NCBI RefSeq assembly: GCF_009914755.1
Contig: NC_060926.1
Reading direction: 5' to 3' (one strand)
Length of the DNA stretch: 64,000 bases
From: the human T2T-CHM13v2.0 reference genome, Homo sapiens
The notes under the pieces were generated by a model. The model ran no database searches, was not told where the DNA came from, and was given only the letters and a program-made list of their open reading frames with translations. This document shows, piece by piece, positions 56,800 to 64,000 of this stretch. A program made the translations under genes and the position numbers. Numbering within the stretch: the stretch's first letter is position 1; the number at the start of each line of letters is the position of its first letter.

Positions 56800-57110
56800 T
56801 CACTCATTCATTCATTCATTCATTCAGCAGGCATGTATCAAGTTCCCAACATACGTAGAACACTATATAAGGTGCCAGGGATACAGTGATGACTAAAAAA
56901 GAAGGTTTTGCCCTTAAAGAGCTTATAATACAGTAGGAAAATATACGACAACCCTAAAGATCAGTTTGATGTGGGGTATGATAGAACCATAACCAAAGAA
57001 GAAAAAAATTAATTCTGACTTGAAGAATCAAGGATGACTTCAGAAAAGAAGTAATATTTTGTTTGGCTCTTGAAGATCATTCTCAGCAGAACAAGCATGT
57101 CAAAGGCCTT
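56800..57110 (-). mobile_element. L2 3' end with (TTCA)n tail
   Basis: cattcattcattcattcagcag...gggatacagtgatga...gcccttaaagagctta. Confidence 0.65.
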
Positions 57111-57729
57111 CTAGATAATACAGAGATCAGTATCATGCCTGTTTACTTCATGACTGTTGCAGAACCTGTATCTCCTGACTCAGGTTGAAATTTCAAGTCA
57201 AAAAATATATCCTATGAAATTATTAATTATTGCATAGCTTCTGGGTCTTAGTAAGTATCATGGAAGTATAAGATATGTATATTCCCTGCCCTTAAGAAAC
57301 TTAACAGTACTACAGGAACGATAGGAAAAGTTATTTGAGAATTAAGGCCAGAAAGTTTACAGAAGTTCAGAATTAAATGGCTTTGATATACTTTAAAAAT
57401 ATTGTCATTTAATTATGGTAGCCTAACATTCTTTTTCCAATGAAATTTATTCTCTAATCTCTAGATAGTTTCTTTTGTAAGAATCTCATTGTATGGCTTT
57501 TCCTGAAAAACAATTTAAAAATATGTTTCATTATTTTGTCATTCTTAATTTTAACATTTTTCCCATAACATTAGATTTCCTAAGTTTACGGATGATTTTC
57601 CATTCATTACATTTTAGGTCAACTGCTTCCTAGTGATACATGGAGGAAGTAGTTTGATTTTTTTTCTTCTTCCAGGAAACATCTATATAAATATCACAAT
57701 CCAGGTATTTCTGGAACGGCTTCGTACAG

Positions 57730-57868
57730 ACTAGTGGTTCTCTAATGGGCTCCTTACTAGACTTATACCACCTCCTAAGATTGTATTTCACTGGGTAGAG
57801 CTAAGAATCTGTATTTTTTAAAAGTTTCCCAGGCAATCCTGAAGGGCAGCCAGGTTTGGAAACCATTA
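57730..57868. mobile_element. MER5-type hAT fragment
   Basis: agtggttctc...gaatctgtatttt..aaagtttcccagg...gccaggtttggaaaccatt. Confidence 0.55.
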
Positions 57869-58647
57869 CAATAAGTAACTAATGCCGTCCACTGGATGTG
57901 AACTTTGTGATTTCCTCTGGCAAGGGTGATGCTTGACTTTTGCATAGGTTTGGGACTCAGAGCACTGTTTCGACTCATTGCCTGAAGTTCTCGAGTTTAT
58001 GGTACTTTTGATTTTTGCCTTAAGTTGGGCCTTCCAAGGCTTTACTTAAAAGACTTAATTTATTTGCCTATAATTTACGTACATTTTCACTAAGGCAAAG
58101 CAGATCTGGCTTGTCTTATTATCCAAATGGCTAGGCTCCCCATAGATGTGACTAGGCTACAGTTGAAGGTTTCTAAACCTTCAACGGAATTCCCCATACA
58201 ATGAATTGATTAAAGTATTATAAGTAACTAGTTTGTCATTAATATATAAACTGAAATAATTTAGAGTAAAATGTAAAGAAATGTAAGTATAATCCAATAC
58301 TTCTTCCCCATTAGTCATTTTTAATGTTCCCTCATTCTACTTTTTTTAGGAAAAAAAAATCCTCAATAGAAATAACTGTATTTTTCTTAGAATCAAGTTG
58401 TCCAAAGTTCACGTGACTGAATCGAGTGTTTTGGAGATTCTAAACAACCTGACAAACAGGTTTTGTGGATTGAGCACAGCCTTTTTTGATATTTTCTATT
58501 CAGCAGTATCTAGCCAGATATGAGAAATGTGGTCAATGAAACACTTTCATGAGAATCACCTGTTAAAGATAGTGACCTGCTGAATTAAAATATCAAATGA
58601 AGGCCTGCCCAGATATCTTAACAAACCTTAAAGCTAATGCTTAAGTT

Positions 58648-58989
<342 letters not shown>

Positions 58990-60007
58990 TCATTGGTCCA
59001 TCAAGATTGGAGAGAGGTGTTATTTGCATTTGCAGTTTTCTTGCTGCCTTTTCACTTAGGGACAGTATAAAAAGAGTGAAACAGATTATGTACTATCTTC
59101 CTGATTTTGTGTAGAACTTTACAGTGAATGATATTTAGGCAGGAAAAGTTTGTCCTCCATCTGTTTTCTTTTTTCCTGTCCATTAACTTACTCTTTGATG
59201 GCAGCAACTAGTCTAAAATCCTAACATGCGTTAAAATTTCTAGTTTTAGTTTAGTTTTTTAGCTGCTTTTGACAGTCAGCTCATGAACTGCTGTCAAAAG
59301 GAGTTTACTATTATATTTTCCAGAATCAAGTTTGAAAACACATTTCACCTTGCATGAATTAGATTAAAGCCACGGTTTTACATTGAGATTGGAGGGAAAT
59401 GGGTATCAGGATCACTTGAGGAACTTTTTAAACTAGGAGAAGATCCATGCAAGTGTGTATAGTTTGGAAAAAGTTCCCAGGTTCTGTTCAATTCAAAACT
59501 ATTACTTTAAAGAAATATCTAGGTCATGGTGCTTCCCAAGGTCCCTGATAAGATAGATTTATCTGGGGCAGTTGTTAAACTAGATTTCTGGACCCCACCC
59601 CGGACTACTGAATCAGAGTCTATAGTCTAAGATGTTTACTTACAGAGAAGTTTGTAAACTATGAACCTAGGTTCCACAAACTTAATAACTATAACTAGGA
59701 AATGATGTTTTATGGGTAATCCCACTTTAGGTGATTTATAAGATATATTTAAGGTATTTAAGTTTCTGAGAAGTTCTACAATAAAAATACCTTTTAAATT
59801 TTGTTATTGAGACTTTTTTTTCACAGAATACTTTTTCCTGGAGCACATCTATCAGCAGTTAGATAGTAGTCATGGGAAATGTCAGGCTATACAACCTAGA
59901 AACTAGTTGTATGAAAGTTCTGTTTATATATATATATAATGATGTAATGGATCATCTTTTCTTGTCTTTGAAATATCCATGACATATTGTTATATTAAAA
60001 AGTAGGT

Positions 60008-60308
60008 GGCTGGGCACAGTAGCTCATGCCTGTAATCCCAGCCCTTGGGAGGCTGAGACAGGAGGATTGCTTGAGTCCAGAAGTTCAAGACCAGCTTGGG
60101 CAACATGGCGAAACCTCATCTCTACAAAAAATAAAAATACAAAAATTAGCTAGGCGTGGCACACAGGTATGGTCCCAGCTAGTCGGGAGGCTGAGATGAG
60201 AGAATTGCTTGAGCCCAGGAAGTGAAGACTTCAGTTAGCCTTGATCATGCTACTGCACTCAAACCTGGGTGACAGAGTGAGACACTGTCTCAAAAAAAAA
60301 AAAAAAAA
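60008..60308 (+). mobile_element. AluJ
   Basis: Diverged dimer. Confidence 0.9.
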
Positions 60309-60513
60309 GAGTAGACCAAGAGAGCACAGCATATATAATATGATCTCACTTTTACATATCTTTCTATTTATCCAATTCTAGAAAATTAACAAAATTTTAA
60401 CTGTTTATCTCTGCATGATGGAATTACAAATGACTTGACTTGTTCTTTGTTCATCTCTCTATTAACTTTATATTAAAATAAAGCCATTTTCATCTTTTAA
60501 AAAATATAGTTAA

Positions 60514-60821
<308 letters not shown>

Positions 60822-63140
60822 TCAAAGCTGGAAAGGGTTTATGGTATTAAGTTTGGAAGCATTGCTATAAAACATAAAGTACCGATATCAATGATTAATT
60901 AGAATGTTCTTTGAGACTTGTGTAATGTGATTAAGTCCACGGTCCATGTAACAACTGAAAATCTTTTTATGTCAAACTTTGTTAAAAATATTTAAAATGT
61001 GAGTTTACTGTCCTCTTAGTGATTTTGATATAATAGAGTTTACTCATTGGTGATTGAGAATTTTAGAACATCTAGGGGTAATTATTTTTTCTGTACCTAA
61101 TAACAATTTTTTAATTCTTTATCTTTTTCTGCATATATTTAGGTGACTACCACAAAGAAAAATAAACCTCTACCGGCATTGACCCATAGTACCCTGCCAC
61201 ACATTTTTTTACCTGCCTATTTTGTTAATATCAGTCAGGCATGCTTGTTTGAGGTTATCTCAGCACCAAATTGGGAGGGATCAAAAACCCAAAAACTTTG
61301 CTTCTACAGCTGCTGTAACCAGGGAAAATTTAATGTTTCTTTTGCTTTGTAGCTCTGTTGAGGCCTATTCTAGGGATAAAAATAAATAAAAAATAAATAA
61401 ATAAAAGCGGCTGTCATGTTAAAGGTTCTTTGGAAGGATTCTGAGGTGTCAATAATAGTCCTTCAATATTATCTTTCCTCACTAAGTGTTCTAAGGAGTT
61501 TAGAAATGGACACAGGAATCAGAGATCAGAATACTAGGTATAAAGATGACAAAATTAGGTCAGAAAACTAGGCCAGGACCTATAAACAAAATGGGATTCC
61601 AAAACTAAACCTTGAAACCCACTTAAAGGGAAAATTTGATGTGTACGGCAAATGTTTATTGAACCAACTCTGTAAGGAGCTGTGGCTACCTTACTCATCT
61701 CTTAATTCAAAGTATTAGTGATTGTTATTCAGAGTTGAAGCTGTTGCCATAAATAGTGTCTAGGGATTGACTATGTGTGTGACTCAGAACATAAATACTT
61801 TGGAAGCTGCGTATTTGTTGGGTTTTTTTCCCTCTGATGTTTATTGAGGAAATACTCATTCAATACCTGATATGTACTCCATGCTAGGCTCCGTGCTAGA
61901 TATTATCTTACAATGTTGTTGGCTCAGTTTTAGTAATGAGTTGACTGAGATGGGTGAATGTTAATTTGCATTAAGTCTTAAACTTGTAAATGACAGTGAG
62001 AGGTCAAGCCTGAATCTGACTCCTAGGCTGTTACTCTTTTCATTGATTTATGCTGCCTTCCTTTGACCTCTTCATCTGAACAATTAAGCACCAGACTTTT
62101 AGTTAACTGGAGAGTCTTACTGAGTTCTAATTAATTGAAGTTTTACCATATTAAATATTGCCTCTTTCTCATTTCCAAGAATGGCTGAATGAATTATTAA
62201 ATGCCAAATCTTAGTCCATACATTCTCATCCAAAACAAATAATCTAATTTCAAAACATAAAGTGTGGTAATTGTCTTGTATTAAATTAATAGGCTTCCCT
62301 AAATTCAGGAATTTTTCCTAGTTTAGATACATTATATTTAGTAAGTATGCCAGTGATTTAGCTGAAATTGCCAGGTGTGTAAAGAATGTGGTTGGTCAAA
62401 TATAAGTCTTATCCTTTCAATTAAATTTATATTCTGGTTTTGGTACTTAAGCAGATATATTATGGTATAGATTTACATTAAACTATACCTTTTTCAGTTG
62501 GTACTGTATACACAGGACAATAAAATAGAACATGTCTTGTTTAAGTAACATGTAACTTCAAAAATTATTTATTAATTGGTAATTTTAAGCCTCTTTCTCA
62601 TGGCCTTTAAAATGTAATCAAAGCCCCTTTGAAATGTCTTTGAAAAATTGGACTAACATTTTATCACAGGCTAAATTATAATAGTCATTTGTGGTAGTAC
62701 TCAATCTTTCTTAAAATAGAATTATATGGTATTATTAAAACATCAGTGATATTTTATTACATAATAGTCTGGCATAGCCTTTACGTATTTAATAAATACT
62801 TACATGATTAGAATTTTTTCTGCTGTTAGTAAAGCTTTAAGACAAGAGTAAATTATGCTACTTATAAAGTGACTTGACTGCCTTAACTTAGTTTTTGTTC
62901 CTTATACTAATAACCATTGGCTACATCTTAATTTGCTTACTAAACTTTAAAAATTCAAACATTAAAAATAGTACACAGATTTTACACATATTTATAAATA
63001 ACTTGTCAAATGGGACCTTAGTGATTCACATTCCTGAGTGAAAAGTTAAATTTGAATATTAGTTAAGGAACTCTGTAAACTGATCAAAACTTAGTAAATT
63101 TTATGGTGTGTCAGTCATATCTTAGTAGAGCTGTTATTTA

Positions 63141-63647
<507 letters not shown>

Positions 63648-63870
63648 CTATGACTCAATTAAAACCTGTCATCAAGTGGTATATTTCAACTGGAATCATC
63701 TTCCCCCTCAGATATCTGCTTTGTCTGAACTATTCTTTATTCTGAGTCTAAGCAGGCAACAGTTGGGAGGGCCTTTAAAATGAGGTTCTAAGTAGAAATA
63801 AAACCTGGTGACTTAAAGCCAGCGTATAAGTATCAGAATTTTAACTAGGTTTCTCTTCTGTTTGAAACAG

Positions 63871-64000
63871 TGATGACTCGTGGCACTGCCTCCAGCCCCT
63901 CCTATAGATTCATATTGAATGATGGGACAATGCTTAGCGCCCACACCAAGTGTAAACTTTGCTACCCTCAAAGTCCAGACATGCAACCTTTCATCATGGG
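63871..64000 (+). CDS. NCOA1: NCOA1 coding exon 8, PAS-B, truncated by the window end (VMTRGTASSPSYRFILNDGTMLSAHTKCKLCYPQSPDMQPFIM...)
   Basis: Acceptor tttgaaacag|; frame open to the end of the window; SRC-1 sequence. Confidence 0.97.

Overview
Primate, most likely human, genomic DNA from inside the NCOA1 (SRC-1, nuclear receptor coactivator 1) gene on the + strand. The window holds one 157-nt 5'UTR exon (2735-2891), the AUG exon (17432-17537, ATG at 17449) and seven further coding exons, the last cut by the window end. They splice through GT-AG junctions in consistent phase into residues 1 to ~359 (bHLH, PAS-A, PAS-B). About 98% of the window is intron, rich in Alu, L1, L2, MIR, MaLR LTR and DNA-transposon relics, and includes a full-length U6 retrocopy fused to L1. 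Almost all ORFs in the supplied track are repeat-derived or chance. I see no new multi-gene system. The best leads concern RNA processing and translation of NCOA1: (1) back-splicing into the AUG exon would give stop-free circular ORFs for 5 of 6 downstream donors; (2) two exons regenerate a 5' splice site once joined (recursive-splicing candidates); (3) the leader has two uORFs and a 54-codon open in-frame extension. Repeat subfamily names and most repeat boundaries were judged by eye and are approximate.
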